From Eledone cirrhosa (taxonomy: Eukaryota), in the NCBI GenBank assembly GCA_964016885.1, contig OZ024742.1, positions 50,778,001 to 50,842,000 of the forward strand: a DNA stretch of 64,000 nt. The letters run 5' to 3'. The position numbers were made by a program, and so were the translations under genes. The notes beneath the pieces are model-generated. The model was not told the origin of the DNA. It ran no database searches and saw nothing but the letters and a program-made list of their open reading frames with translations. Positions 1-12,097 of the stretch are shown piece by piece; within the stretch, counting starts at the first letter, position 1, and each line of letters starts with the position of its first letter.

Positions 1-597
1 TTAGTTTCATTAGCAGCATGACCTACCGGTTGGATCCAAACGGAACCTGAACCCATAAGATCTGGTTTCTGGGGTATGTCACTATTTATAAAACAAATTT
101 TGTATTTTATCTGATGAGGGCGTACCAAAGTTTTATAAATTTATTTTCCATTTATTAATATCATTGGTATTAAACTCCAGGAAAATATAATTATGTATAT
201 ATATACATAATTATTATTATCATTATTATTATTAGCACAGATTAAATGTATATGCAAGCGATTTCTGCGTTCACCTTAAAACGGGATCGTTTGATACTGC
301 GATATATCAATCAGTAGACGCAGATAGGAAAATGTCCGAAACATTACGAGCAAATGCGGTGATGTATTTGTTTTACAAGATTTTTTCATATGAAATGGTG
401 TGTTGAAACAGATATTGTTATATTTCGGGAGAGTCATGTTGTTCTAATATTGCCAGAAATAATTGTAAAACACACTCATTTCTTTCATTATTTTATTATA
501 CTTATGAATAATTAAGCTGGAAATCAACGTTTATTATTGATTTACTAACAGTTAAATCGATACATGTAAAAACAGTTTCTCAAACATATTTGTAAAT

Positions 598-3140
598 GAC
601 GTGGGAGCGTCGGGAGTGACATTCAACCATTTCTTCAATGTGAAACACGAAGGGTGCATTTCAGAGCAAAGGTGTGTGCTCTAAGAAACAAGGACCGCCC
701 TTCGATGGGCCACCGTTGCAGAGCCGCAGCGTGGTAATAGAACCACCATTCGGATTTTGACAGATCGAGAGGAACGGGAGCTGACTAATTCAGGAAGATG
801 GTTGAGGCCTTTGGCCAGTACTTAACACGAATGTTCAGAAGGAGTGGATGGTCGGCGATGGTGGCGGATTTAAGTCCCTATAGCGATGGCCTTCTGCATT
901 TTTTGACATCTGAAACTGGGCGCTGCGAAAGTCCGATAACTTCAGCCGAGATTCAGGATATCCTAATTGGCTGCACGAGCTTTACGTAGATATGCCAGAT
1001 GTGTTCTCCGATCTCCTCGAAACGATTTACTGCAACTGGAAGCAGAACGAGAGTATTCCTAGTTCTGTGAAACGGAGCGTAGTGAGGCTGATAAGGAAAG
1101 ACAAGAACTAGAGAGACACATTAGATATCTTCAAGCCCAAAACACCGAGATTAAGATTTTGGACAAGTGGTTGTCGCTTATTGTTGAGGATTTAGGTAGG
1201 AGGCGCAAACTTGCGCGCCCACGACCAGGTCCTACACGACGACCTCCACCTCATGGGATACATCATAGAGAATGTAAGGTGTAAACCTGGCTTCAGTGGG
1301 GCTCGTTTCAATTTAGATCAATCTTAAATTTCGATACTGTCAAGCATCGATACATGGAGGCTGTTCTCAATGCAGTTGGTTTCATTCCCGTCTTCAGAAC
1401 CAGGCTCGTTGCAAGCACAGCGGCATCTGTTCGGTGGACAAAGTTAATTTCCCATCTTTCGGAACCGTTTCATATCTCACTTTCGGTCCGTCAAAGGTAC
1501 CTTATCTCCTCCATTCTGTAAATATTGACGTTACTGCGGAAGCTGGAGCTGTTGCAGGGAATCATACTAGATCGGGATCGTAAAGGGTGTGTTAGCATAT
1601 GATTACATCACCCGGATGGTGTCAAACACCTCGGAAATCGAGTTGGTTGGGACATTCTTGGAGAAATATGATAGGTTAATAGGAACAAAATTAAACCCGG
1701 AAAAATCGGTGAAGTTGCAGCTCGGTATTGAACGGAAGGACCGGTAAAGTTTCATGGGGTTTAGTTTGGAAGGCGGATAAGAATTGGGACGAAGTTACGA
1801 ACAGGGTAGCCACTCTCATCTAGAAATGAGCTAAGCGGAAGCTGTCAGTGAAATGCCGGGTGGAGGTGGCGAACATATACATCGCATCCGCTATCTTCAA
1901 GCGTCTGGCCATCATGCATTGACTCTGTTCGCGCCTCGCCAAATTGGAACGACTCCTTTTCAACTTCTTGTGGAGTAGATGGGTTCCGTTGGTGAGGTTA
2001 TCCATTTCCTACCTGCACCAACTATGCGGAGGGCTGAGCATACCGAGGCTAATGATGCGCTTAGGCTGTGATATCTCTAGATACCATGCCTAAACGGTGA
2101 AAACGTATGGTCGCTGTTTGTCAGATAGGACTTTCCGCTACTCGCCTGTTCAGCTGAGCTGCTATCCTGATCACAAAGAGGCAGAGACTGGGCACCTAGC
2201 ATCTGGAATGTTGCTCGGTACTCACTGCCATCTACCAAGCGAGCAACGCGGTCAGTGGAACTTTCACTCTCGAGTTCTATAGAAGAATAGCGGTTTGCAT
2301 GTGGGACAACGTACACGGAGAGGCTTAGTGTGTCGATGAAGTTGAACTGACCAGTCTGTTTCGGTGGTCTTTCGACCCAGGTACCATGGATAACTTCCAA
2401 AATCCATGGCTTAGCAGTGCTACCGGAATCGGAGACACTGCCGGTTCGGGATAAACTCTAGAGGCACGAAAGTGTTGTCAGACGGATCTGCCCGAGATGC
2501 GTGTAGAGCGACTATAGCGTTCTGCACGCACTTGTAGATGTATGTCGAACAGCTGTTGTCACGTTTAGGACGTATCCGGCTATCGACCAGGTCCATAGTG
2601 ATGATCGCCCCACCTCCTTCTTTTGGCCAGGAAGATCAGGACATTTTCATCTCTCTGGTAGCGGTAACGAATGAGGTTTTGTAGTGTACCAGGTTGAAAG
2701 GACGTAAGACTTACACTTTTCTTTTCGACCAATCCTTCATCAACTTTTTCAAGTTTCACTTGGAAAGGAAGATTAGGGCAGAGAGAGAAGTACTGCCACC
2801 TAGTACATTTGCTACAAGGAGCTGAAAGTGTTGATAATATCTCCTCTAAAACCAGCCTTCTGAGCATCCGCCATTAATCCGTTAATTAGAGAAGAAAAGG
2901 GGTGCCGTTCCCGTGTTCCCTCGAAGTGTCGGATGGTTCAGATTTGGTGCGATACTCGAGTCCACCTTAGCTGGTAATCCCCCCCCCCCCCTATTGGAGA
3001 ACCATTGCTTGTATATTTTTCTTTATAGGTATTGTTTTTTATATATTTACTCGATCTCTGTGCAAAACACAAACTGTCCCCTTCTATTAAATTGTACCCT
3101 ATATGTCGGCCCTGTGGCCAAAAAAATGAAATAATTATTA
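598..3140 (+). mobile_element. Degenerate 5'-truncated Tx1/L1-like non-LTR retrotransposon (ORF2 RT region through 3' end)
   Basis: Collinear with 23670-25120 (e.g. ttcttcaatgtgaaacacgaagggtgc vs ttcttcaatgcaaagcacgaaggctgc; tactgcaactggaagcagaacg vs tactgcaactggcaacagaacg). It has many stops and frameshifts and ends in ggccctgtggccaaaaaaatgaaataattatta. Confidence 0.85.
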
Positions 3141-3203
3141 CTACTGCTACTACTACTACTAGTATTCGTAGTAGTAGTAGTAGCAGTAGTTGTAGTGGTA
3201 GTG

Positions 3204-3260
<57 letters not shown>
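3135..3260. repeat. (TAC)n then (TAG)n trinucleotide microsatellite
   Basis: Direct reading; the repeat changes strand at about 3160. Confidence 0.95.
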
Positions 3261-3262
3261 TT

Positions 3263-3309
3263 TAATAATCATTTCATCTTTTGGGCCGCAGGGCCGACGT
3301 ATAGGGTCA
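3263..3309 (-). mobile_element. Isolated ~45-bp 3' terminus of the Tx1-like element
   Basis: The reverse complement accctatacgtcggccctgcggcccaaaagatgaaatgattatta matches 3095-3140. Confidence 0.8.
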
Positions 3310-3708
3310 GTATTGATACGTTTAATCACATCATTTCTCTAAACAATGTTTCCATACATGTTAGCAAGCAAATATTCTGATAATTTGCTTCCCGATTTTT
3401 TGACAGCATCAACTAATTCTTCTGTCTATGCTTAACGATTTAATAAGTTGTCTATTATTCAATTTGCATGTAATTTTCCGTATCTGAAATGAACGTTTTC
3501 ACGTGTTACCCATATCTCCTTATAATATATAACCAGCAATTTCTCTGTCTGTCTGTCCGACGCGTAGAGAGAGAGTGAGAGTGAAAGAAAGAGACAGACT
3601 ACAAGAGGGGGATAGTGGGAGGGAGAGAGAGAGAGGGGCTGGAAGAGAGGAAGGAAAGCTATGTCTTGCTGTCTGCATTACGATACATATATACACACAC
3701 ACACTGAG

Positions 3709-3978
3709 CGCGTCATAATGACGTAATGCAGACAGATATTATAAGGGCGCAACGTTATATCTATGTATCTATCTAAAAAGAAAGACTAAGAATTATATAG
3801 AGAGAACGCTAAATCGCCTAATGCGGTCCCTAGGGCATTGGAAATTTGAAATCATTTTTGCTCAAAACACTCACAGAACTATAAGTATTTCATGTCTAAA
3901 GTTTGAAAACAATCGGTTGGATGGTTCTCAAGTTTTAGTGAGCTGACAGACAGACATTCTCTGTTTTAGATATATAGA
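3709..3978 (-). mobile_element. Non-autonomous Helitron-like element, 5' part (inverted copy)
   Basis: Reverse-complement match to 4015-4300. Confidence 0.7.
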
Positions 3979-4014
3979 CTGGCAGAAATCCGCAATCGGG
4001 TGGTTTTCCGCTAG

Positions 4015-4300
4015 TCTATATATATAAAACAGAGAATGTCTGTCTGTCAGGTCACTAAAACTCGAGAACCACCCAGCCGATTGTTTTCAAGATTTACACA
4101 GCTAATATATATGGTCCTGTGAGTGATTTGAGAAAAGAAAATTCAAATTTTCATTTCCCTAGGGACCGCATTAGGCGATTTAGTTAGCTCTTTCTATAAT
4201 TCTTAGTCTTTCTCTTTTTAGATAGATATATAGATATAACGTTGCGCCCTTATAATATATGTCTGTATGTCTTGCTGTCTGTATTACGACATTATGACGC

Positions 4301-4355
<55 letters not shown>

Positions 4356-4673
4356 ATATATAGTGTGAGTATATATACATATAATGTGTAACGTTTTTCG
4401 AAATATTTAGTTCTGCGTTCACAGATTGATTTTTTAGTTTCAGAAGATCCCGTTAAGGGTGAAATCAGCGATTATTTGCTTAAACTTTAATGTTATTTTA
4501 ATATATATATATATATATATATAATTATATATTCCTGTACAGATATTTTTGCATACACAATAACAAAATATAAACATACGTATTTATTTCACGAGGTTCG
4601 ATGAGGATAAATATATATCAAATATATAAGAACCCTAGAGCAAATCCCGAGCAACGCCGGGCCATTCTGCTAG
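4015..4673 (+). mobile_element. Non-autonomous Helitron-like element
   Basis: Starts TCTATATATATAAAACAGAGAATGTCTGTCTGTC and ends with the hairpin cccgagcaacgccggg followed by CTAG-t, matching the 5'-TC and 3'-hairpin-CTRR Helitron termini. Contains an internal (GT)n. Confidence 0.75.
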
Positions 4674-6910
4674 TATCTTTCTATTCATATCATTTTTAAT
4701 CCATACTACTTTCTTTATCTGTATGTTTAACCAAATGAAAATGTTAACTGTTTATATAGTCGAAGTTTTCTTGTATTAATTTCCTAACCCTAACCGGCGT
4801 CCACGAATTGATATATCTCAGGCCCAAAATATCCAATTTTAGGTTGAAGGCAGAAATTCTTTGCTGAACTTTTTAATCTGTGTTAAGGATACATATTTGC
4901 ACTGCGTGTTTATATCTACTATATATATTTAAAACCATTATAGGGACTTCTCTGGATTTTGGTTTCTCTCCCTCTATAAATGGGGTATGTGGTGCGCATG
5001 TATAGGTATGTACGTCTGTGTGCGGGCCTGTATCTGTGTACGTGTATATATTCTCCAAAATGCAATATCATTTACTAAATTTCAAAAATCACAAATATAT
5101 GTTAGCATAACAATATATATATCCTTATATGGCATGTATATATAACAGTAGTAATTACATTTAGTCCCCTGTAATTATAGAAGAGTTGGCTGGAAGGGCA
5201 AATGATCTAAGTAACCTTGTAGAAAACTGTAAATATGTGAGGATTATTAGTGTTTCTGGGTAGTGATAATGTTCTACGAAAATAGTAATAAAATGGTCAT
5301 TGATTTACACTATATTAGAATTACTCTATAGGATCAATTGACTATAGGTCCGTTAGATAGGTGGAAATGAAAGTGAATACTTTGGTTAACCTGTAACTAT
5401 ATTGACATATACAACATTTTAAGGAGCCCAAGGAGATGAAGGGTATATGTGAACCAACTGATCCAGAACCTACATACACACGCATTCACAAATTAATATA
5501 AATATATAAAGAGAAATAGAAAAAAATAAAAAATAAAAAATGTTAAGCAGTAATCTTTGAAGCCGAGAGTTAATTCTACTTCATAATTAGCAACAACATG
5601 TAAATATGAATTAGAACAATTCAAAGAATCGTAGAAGAGTTTATGAAATTAATCAAAAAAGCTGAAAATTAATTTAATCCCGAGATAATACAATATCTTA
5701 AGGCAGCATTAACTTTAAAATATTCCATTCTGCGTTTACTTTGCCATAAAGTATTGCAATTACCACATATGTTTACTGACTTCAAAACTATTGTACATTA
5801 GAGCATGTCTAAATTCTATTATCAAGCCTTTTTTTAAATTTGTTTTACTGATTTTGTCGTACATTCGTTTCACGCTTTATTTAACAGAACGCCCAGAAGA
5901 TGTTTTATGGAAGCTTCCTGACAATATTCATGCTAATGGAAGTTATATATTAGTTTTCATAGAAGTATCAGCTTAACGCTTTATTGCTTTTATACTATCA
6001 CACGTCTGTCTTACTTGTGATGTGTAACACTTGTCTTCTTCATAGTCGGTGTTGTTCAGGTATATATTTCTACTTGACAATATCTGCTGACATCCTGGAA
6101 GTGGTAACAGCTGCTTGTAAACATTAGTTTATTTTAAGGAATCAATTTGTCTTAGCTTAGCTATTTTGAAAATATGCAAATGTATGAATGATCTCCACTT
6201 TATGACGAACATTGCAACCATAGTGCAGTTTTACTTTAGTGATTTCTTAACAGATATCAGCAATATGCCCCAAACAATTATACTTTAGACCCCATTATGA
6301 AGGTAAGAGGATGGCTGAGATGGTTTTTCAGATTTTAGTTTGATGGTTATTATATTTGGTAGACATAAGAGGAGACAACATGAGTCAATAAAAATATTAA
6401 AAGCGCTTTTTAATTGCACAGAAGTAGAACGAAATACGAAGTTTCCTCCTTATATAGTTACATAAAATACAGTCTGTCAGTTTAATAGGGATTATAGATT
6501 GTTATGAAAATCAGTTTGTCCTTTAGTGGATTCATATTTTTCGGTCAGTTAGTCGATATGAGGTGGCGTATCCACAAAAACGTGACACAATAAGATCTAA
6601 TATCAACCATGTGGGCTAGGAGGATCTCTCTCAACACATACAGAAATAGACAGGCCTACGGGAAATTTCTAAGCTACAATATGAAAGAGAGGTGACATAC
6701 AGACGCGGGTAATATTCTCGAAATTATTATACAGGAAAACGATCGAACATTCTGATATATTGAAATGCAAATAAATGTATCACAAGAACTACAACTATGC
6801 TAAATTCTTCATCAATACACCTTTTGATGACACACCAAAAAGGGATTATAGGAAACAATATTGATGAAATGTATGACATTTATTCTTTACTATTAATTTT
6901 TGTCTTTATA

Positions 6911-7138
6911 GGGTGATGGAATGGCATTACCCTATCGGTAGATCGTCGGATAACATTCTTTACGGTATACAGTTATGGCCCTTTACGTATTGAGTTCAAG
7001 TCCCGCTGGGGTTAGCTTTGCCTTTCATACTTACAGGGTCAATAGTATAAAGAACCAGTAAGAAACTGGCATCGATTTAATCGGCTATCGCCACCCCCAA
7101 ATTTGTTTGCCTTGCGCCTAAATCATAGACAATTATTT
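6911..7138 (+). mobile_element. tRNA-derived SINE, long variant, diverged
   Basis: B-box-like gagttcaagtcc, central gcctttcatacttacagggtcaatag and tail gccttgcgcctaaatcatagacaattatt. Confidence 0.8.
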
Positions 7139-9023
7139 TCTGTCTTTATCTATTGGAGTTTGCCGTTAGATTTACTAAGTCAATTCCTTCTCTATATTTG
7201 AATATGGCCAATGTCGTCCAGAAAGGACAACATAAGGAAAGAGGGTGATCAAGAGGAGATAAGAACAAGATACAGAGCAAGAATCAACCCCAGTACGGGA
7301 CGAATAATTTTCTCTTTACTCGGGAGGATAAAAGTCACTGTTGACCTATACGACGTTCTAACGACGCTACTATATTGTCTTCTGTTTATCAGCAAATAAA
7401 TGACAATAGCTTTGGCTGCTGAAATGTTTCTGCATAGGTATAATTCATTAATGTTGAAATAAAATCTTCGAGATTGTGCACATCACCCCTATAAGTGAAA
7501 TTGTGTTTGTCTCCCCTATATTTTCTTTGTAGTGATTGCAAATATACATATTTTCTTCATTACAAAATGTTAACATACAACTATTCAGATTATATTTCAC
7601 TCAACCTTTCTGAAATATATGACGTAAATAGAGTAATATCACAAGCGGTGTATACTGTATAATTTAATAAAGCAAGATTTTTTTTTAAATGATGGCTTCT
7701 TCATATTTAGAGAAAGGAAAAGATAAATCTATATAGAAACAACATATTACAAAAGAACAGCAAATAATAGAAAATGATGCAGCTAGTGAAATTAGTGGTT
7801 AGCTATTCACCTTGAAGCTGATAAAGAGAAGACATATTAATTTTATTACGGTATGAGATATGAAGCGATAAGTGCTTAGCAGGTAATCAAGAGTGCAACT
7901 CATTAAATATACATGACCTTAAATATATGTTATGGAATATTTCAAATATGTAGTATTAATACAAGCAAAATATATGGAGTAAATATGTCGTGTTTTGTAA
8001 CCATATTTTATAACTTAACTTAACATCATAAACTGTTTATACTTTGTCTTGTTTTTACATAAATTAAATTTAATATTTAAAATAGAGCATGCATCATCAT
8101 ACTTAATATAAAACATCTCACTATGGAAATATTCCCGGTATGTTATTAAAAGCGTAAATGCATTTATTAAGCGTAAGTTTATGTTGTATATCGATTTATC
8201 TAATAATATGAGATGCCTACAGTATAATTGAGCTTCGTTACAGAACAAAGGAACATTGCACTATAGTATCGACGGGAGAAAACAGTTCATGACGAGATGA
8301 TTTTGTCGAGGTTAGATTTTAGGTAAACGAAGTTAGATTTTATATAATTTTATAAATAATTAGTAATAAAGTTTTTGAATCCTCACTTCAAAGTAATACA
8401 TGATATATTTCTTATCTTGTATGAAAAAGAATTAGGCCTTATACAGTTCAAATTATTAAAACTAAACACATACATAGTACCTGGGCTCTGGGGATATGAG
8501 AAGTACTTTTAAAAATGAATGCATATATATTCGCTATCATTGACTCGAATTAGTTTGAGATCAAATAAATTTGATGTAAAAGCTTATTAGAAAGTTGTCG
8601 CTAGAAAATGTATCCCAAGTGAAGATGATTGGATCAGGATCGATATTGCAAAAAAGATTGCTAGTTGCGAACAACGAATGAGTTAGTACAGACACAACAT
8701 AGGGAAATTAGATAAAGAAAGTTATGTATGGATGTAATGATAAATACGGTATTATTGTGCATCGTGACGATAATGAAAATCTTACCTGGCTACTTTAATG
8801 GATAGGCATATTGGACACGTTACACGACGGCTGATTGGTAGAATGTTTGATAAACTGTTTTGCGTCATCAGATCCAACTCTTCACAGTGTCACAATCCCG
8901 CAAGACATATTTGCCTTACATATGGTTCCAGTAAGGATAAAAGAAGGCCTTCACCACTGAAATACACACAACTCATTATCCTAGTCTTAAAAATACAAAA
9001 TTATTTTTATTATTATCATTTAG

Positions 9024-9216
9024 GGCGGTGGATTGGCCGTAACGGTAGAGGCTCGGACGCCATAGTGTGAAGCATAGAGTTACAGCCCTTGCCATTCTGA
9101 GTTCAAATCCCGCCGAGGTTAACTTTGCCTTTCATCCTTACGGGGTCCATAAAATAAAATACCAATAATGTACTGGTTAATTGCTGGCCTTGTGCCAAAA
9201 GTAGAAACAATTATTA
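9024..9216 (+). mobile_element. tRNA-derived SINE (copy 1 of tandem trio)
   Basis: ggcggtggattggc head, gagttcaaatcc B box and ggccttgtgccaaaagtagaaacaattatta tail. Confidence 0.9.
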
Positions 9217-9229
9217 TCATTACTATTAT

Positions 9230-9423
9230 GGCGGTGGTTGGCAGTATTGGTAGAGGATCTGACGTCATAATTTGCAGGAACGAGTTACGGCCCATTATGG
9301 TCTGAGTTCAAATCCCGGCGATGTTAACTTTGCCTTTCATCCTTACGAGGTGGATAAAATAAAGTACCAGTGATACACTGGAATAATTGATTGCCTTGTG
9401 CCTATAGTATAAATCATTATTAT
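9230..9423 (+). mobile_element. tRNA-derived SINE (copy 2 of tandem trio)
   Basis: Same head, B box, core and tail. Confidence 0.9.
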
Positions 9424-9433
9424 CATTAATAGA

Positions 9434-9616
9434 GGCGGGGGAATGGCAGTATCGGTAGAGAGTCGGACACCTTGCTTTGAAACATAGGGTTACATCCCTT
9501 TATGATCTGAGTTCAAATCACGCCGAGGTTATCTTTGCCTTTCATCCTTACGGGGTCCATAAAATAAAGTACAAGTATTACGCTGGCCTTGTGCCAAAAG
9601 TAGAAACAATTATTAT
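9434..9616 (+). mobile_element. tRNA-derived SINE (copy 3 of tandem trio)
   Basis: Same head, B box, core and tail. Confidence 0.9.
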
Positions 9617-9624
9617 CATTACTA

Positions 9625-10735
9625 TTTTTTTTTTCATTTTTCTCGCTTTATGTGTATACCTGTTATCACCAAGTCACATCTAGGTCCGCCATGTTCAAGA
9701 AACAAACATACACATACATACACATATATCTTTAGGTGTTTACTTTTGTGATGTACTTATATGGACAGAATCGTTTTTTAGCATATGGGCAGTTCCCATT
9801 AGTACTATCTTTTGTGTTTCTTCTATACACGGTTTTCCTGGGATTTGAGATATGTAATCTTTGGGCCCTTTAGGTATTATTCCTAGAGCGCCTACAACCA
9901 CTGGTATTGTTTATGTTCTCAACATCCACATTTTCCAATCTCTATTTCCAGGTCTTTAAACTTACTCCAATCTCTATTTCTAGGTCTTTATACGTACTCA
10001 AATTAACAAATGTTATTATTGATACGTTCCTGTCTATAGGAATGGTCATGCCAATCAGCAGGCATACCATCTTTTTAAAGTCCGTCAGTGTTATATCAGG
10101 TCTATTTGCATCTATTTTTCGGTCTGATTGTACGCTAAAGTTCCACAAAATTCAGATGCGCCCTTTTTCAAGTACGGGAGGTGGTTGATGCTCCCATCAA
10201 TTCTTTTGATGGGGCAGGTGAAAATGCTTACACATTACACAATGTATGTATTGTGACACTCTGTTGTGCCTGTTTATGTATTCGGTTGGAGCTATAGGAC
10301 GGCACATTGAAATTATATGATCAATGCTCTCTGGTTGTTTTTTAGATACACGGCATAATGGTTTGCATCCATGTTTTAAGATGTTGGCTAGATACTCTTT
10401 TGTCGCCAGGCACTGATCTTGTGCTGATATAATCTGTCCTTCAGTCTCCGATTTCAGTCCAGCGGATGCCAACCACTGATGGGTCAACGATTTGTCAACA
10501 TCAGGATTGTTAGCTCGTTCTGTGTATTTTCCATATTGAGGCTTTTCTTGTCATTTCTTAGCCAGTTTTTTTAGTAGTTCTTTCTTTGCTGTTACTTTTA
10601 CCTACTTTGCTTTTTCTGTATTTTTCATTTCAATAGTAAAAGGAATTTCTGAAATGTGTAGTTCATTATTGTATCTTTGTGCATTTTTGTAATGGAGTGT
10701 GATCGTTTGTTGCTTTCATGTTTCAAAATAAATTC
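9625..10735 (-). mobile_element. 3' fragment of an R4/Dong-like RLE retrotransposon (distinct family), pseudogenised
   Basis: ORFs 10197-10487 (GLKSETEGQIISAQDQ..CRV..HIISMC..RHN) and 9942-10148 (NRPDITL) correspond to the CCHC knuckle and PD-(D/E)xK nuclease region. Confidence 0.85.
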
Positions 10736-10759
10736 ACAGTGTGCATTGGTAATACAGCA

Positions 10760-11580
10760 CATTAATTATAATTATAAAAAAAAAGCAGTATACATATATA
10801 CACATGTGCATATGTATATATAAATACATGGAGGGATGTCAATGTTACAGAGATAGTGCTCTTCTCAATACGTGTGCAGTACTAGTCAAAACAATTTGTT
10901 GCACCTCGTGCAGAGAGGGTAAACCAGGAATCATTCGCAAATATTGTTCTGTTCCTTTATTGATCATTCCCAGTCCTCCCACAATCACTGGTATTGTAAC
11001 GGCCTTGAAGTGCCACGTTTTCTGAATTTCAATAAGCAGATCTTTATATTTTCGTAGCTTGTCAAATTCTTTTGTCGTGATATTGTGATCACATGAGATG
11101 CTCATATCTATCAACAAACAGACCTTGTTATGTTGATCTTTTATAATGATGTCAGGTCTATTTGCATTTATGGTCCTGTCAGTATGTACAGGAAAGTCCC
11201 AGAGATTGTTACTTTTTCTCCTTCAGTTACAGCCTCAGAGTGATATTTGTACCACATGTCTTCAGCTTTGATTTTGATATTACCCAGTGTAGATATTGGC
11301 CAACTCTGTCATGTCTATATTTGTATTCTACTGGTGCTAACACTTTACACCCAGAGACTAAGTGATCAACTGTTTACACCCCAGCATTTCAGAATCGGCA
11401 ATTTAGGCTAATGCCGTTTCTAATCACATTGGCCTGGTAATTACGAGTCAATATGATTTGATCTTGGGCAGCTAAGATGAAGCCTTCACTCTCTGCCATT
11501 AGCCCTGAACCACGTAGCCACTGATGGGTGTGCTTTTTGTCAACATCAGCTTGTTTACTACGGGCCACATATTTGACATT
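10760..11580 (-). mobile_element. 3' fragment of a second R4/Dong-like RLE family
   Basis: ORF 10845-11117 (LIDMSISCD..KLRKYKDL..IPVIVGGLG..TAHVLRRAL) is homologous to the C-terminus of the 1130-aa ORF. Confidence 0.85.
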
Positions 11581-11631
11581 CTGAGTTATTATTAATATTA
11601 TTATTATTGGCGACCTACGTAGTAAATCGTA

Positions 11632-11676
11632 GTAATGCGCTGGGTAATTGCTGGCTTTGTGCCTAAAGTAGGATCA

Positions 11677-11721
<45 letters not shown>
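11632..11721 (+). mobile_element. 5'-truncated SINE with long (ATT)n tail, flanked by a duplication
   Basis: gtaatgcgctgggtaattgctggctttgtgcctaaagtaggatcaattatt is the SINE 3' end; ggcgacctacgtagtaaatcgta is repeated at 11609-11631 and 11722-11744. Confidence 0.85.
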
Positions 11722-12097
11722 GGCGACCTACGTAGTAAATCGTATCATCGTGAACTCCGCAAAGGTTTGTTATTTTCAGTTGTTTAAAATTGCCATTCAT
11801 GGAAAATGTTTATTGTTAACTGTATATAGGTGCACATACATTGTTATCTGAAAAGGACACCCAAAAGGATTGAGGCATTGAGCCCAAAATTTAAACTTTT
11901 ATAATTATCAAACACACATTTTTCTTTGAAAAATCATTGATGACTCAGAGTCACTCCTTCCTCACAAACTAACAACTCACACCGACACCACCATTGCAAA
12001 TATTACTACGTTTGCCAACACTAAAAATATAAGCAGTAGCAATATTTTTAATTTGTCTCAGGCAGACATTCATTTCCCGCAATTACCAATAACTGTG
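11722..12097 (+). mobile_element. 5' fragment (UTR plus ORF1 start) of the Tx1-like element
   Basis: Collinear with 20521-20897 (ggcgacctacgtag..., gagcccaaaattt, actacgtttgccaacactaaaaatataagcagtagcaata). Confidence 0.85.

Noticed and set aside
105-185. CTGATGA followed by taccaa/ttggta pairing, a possible hammerhead
   Set aside because: No GAAA at the required position and no clear stems I or III.
5888-6308. Possible host exons (ttaacag acceptors, AG/gtaag donor at 6302)
   Set aside because: No recognisable protein and no consistent multi-exon frame; such motifs are frequent by chance.
9024-9110. tRNA-like A and B boxes
   Set aside because: These are SINE heads with no complete cloverleaf, so they are not called as tRNA genes.
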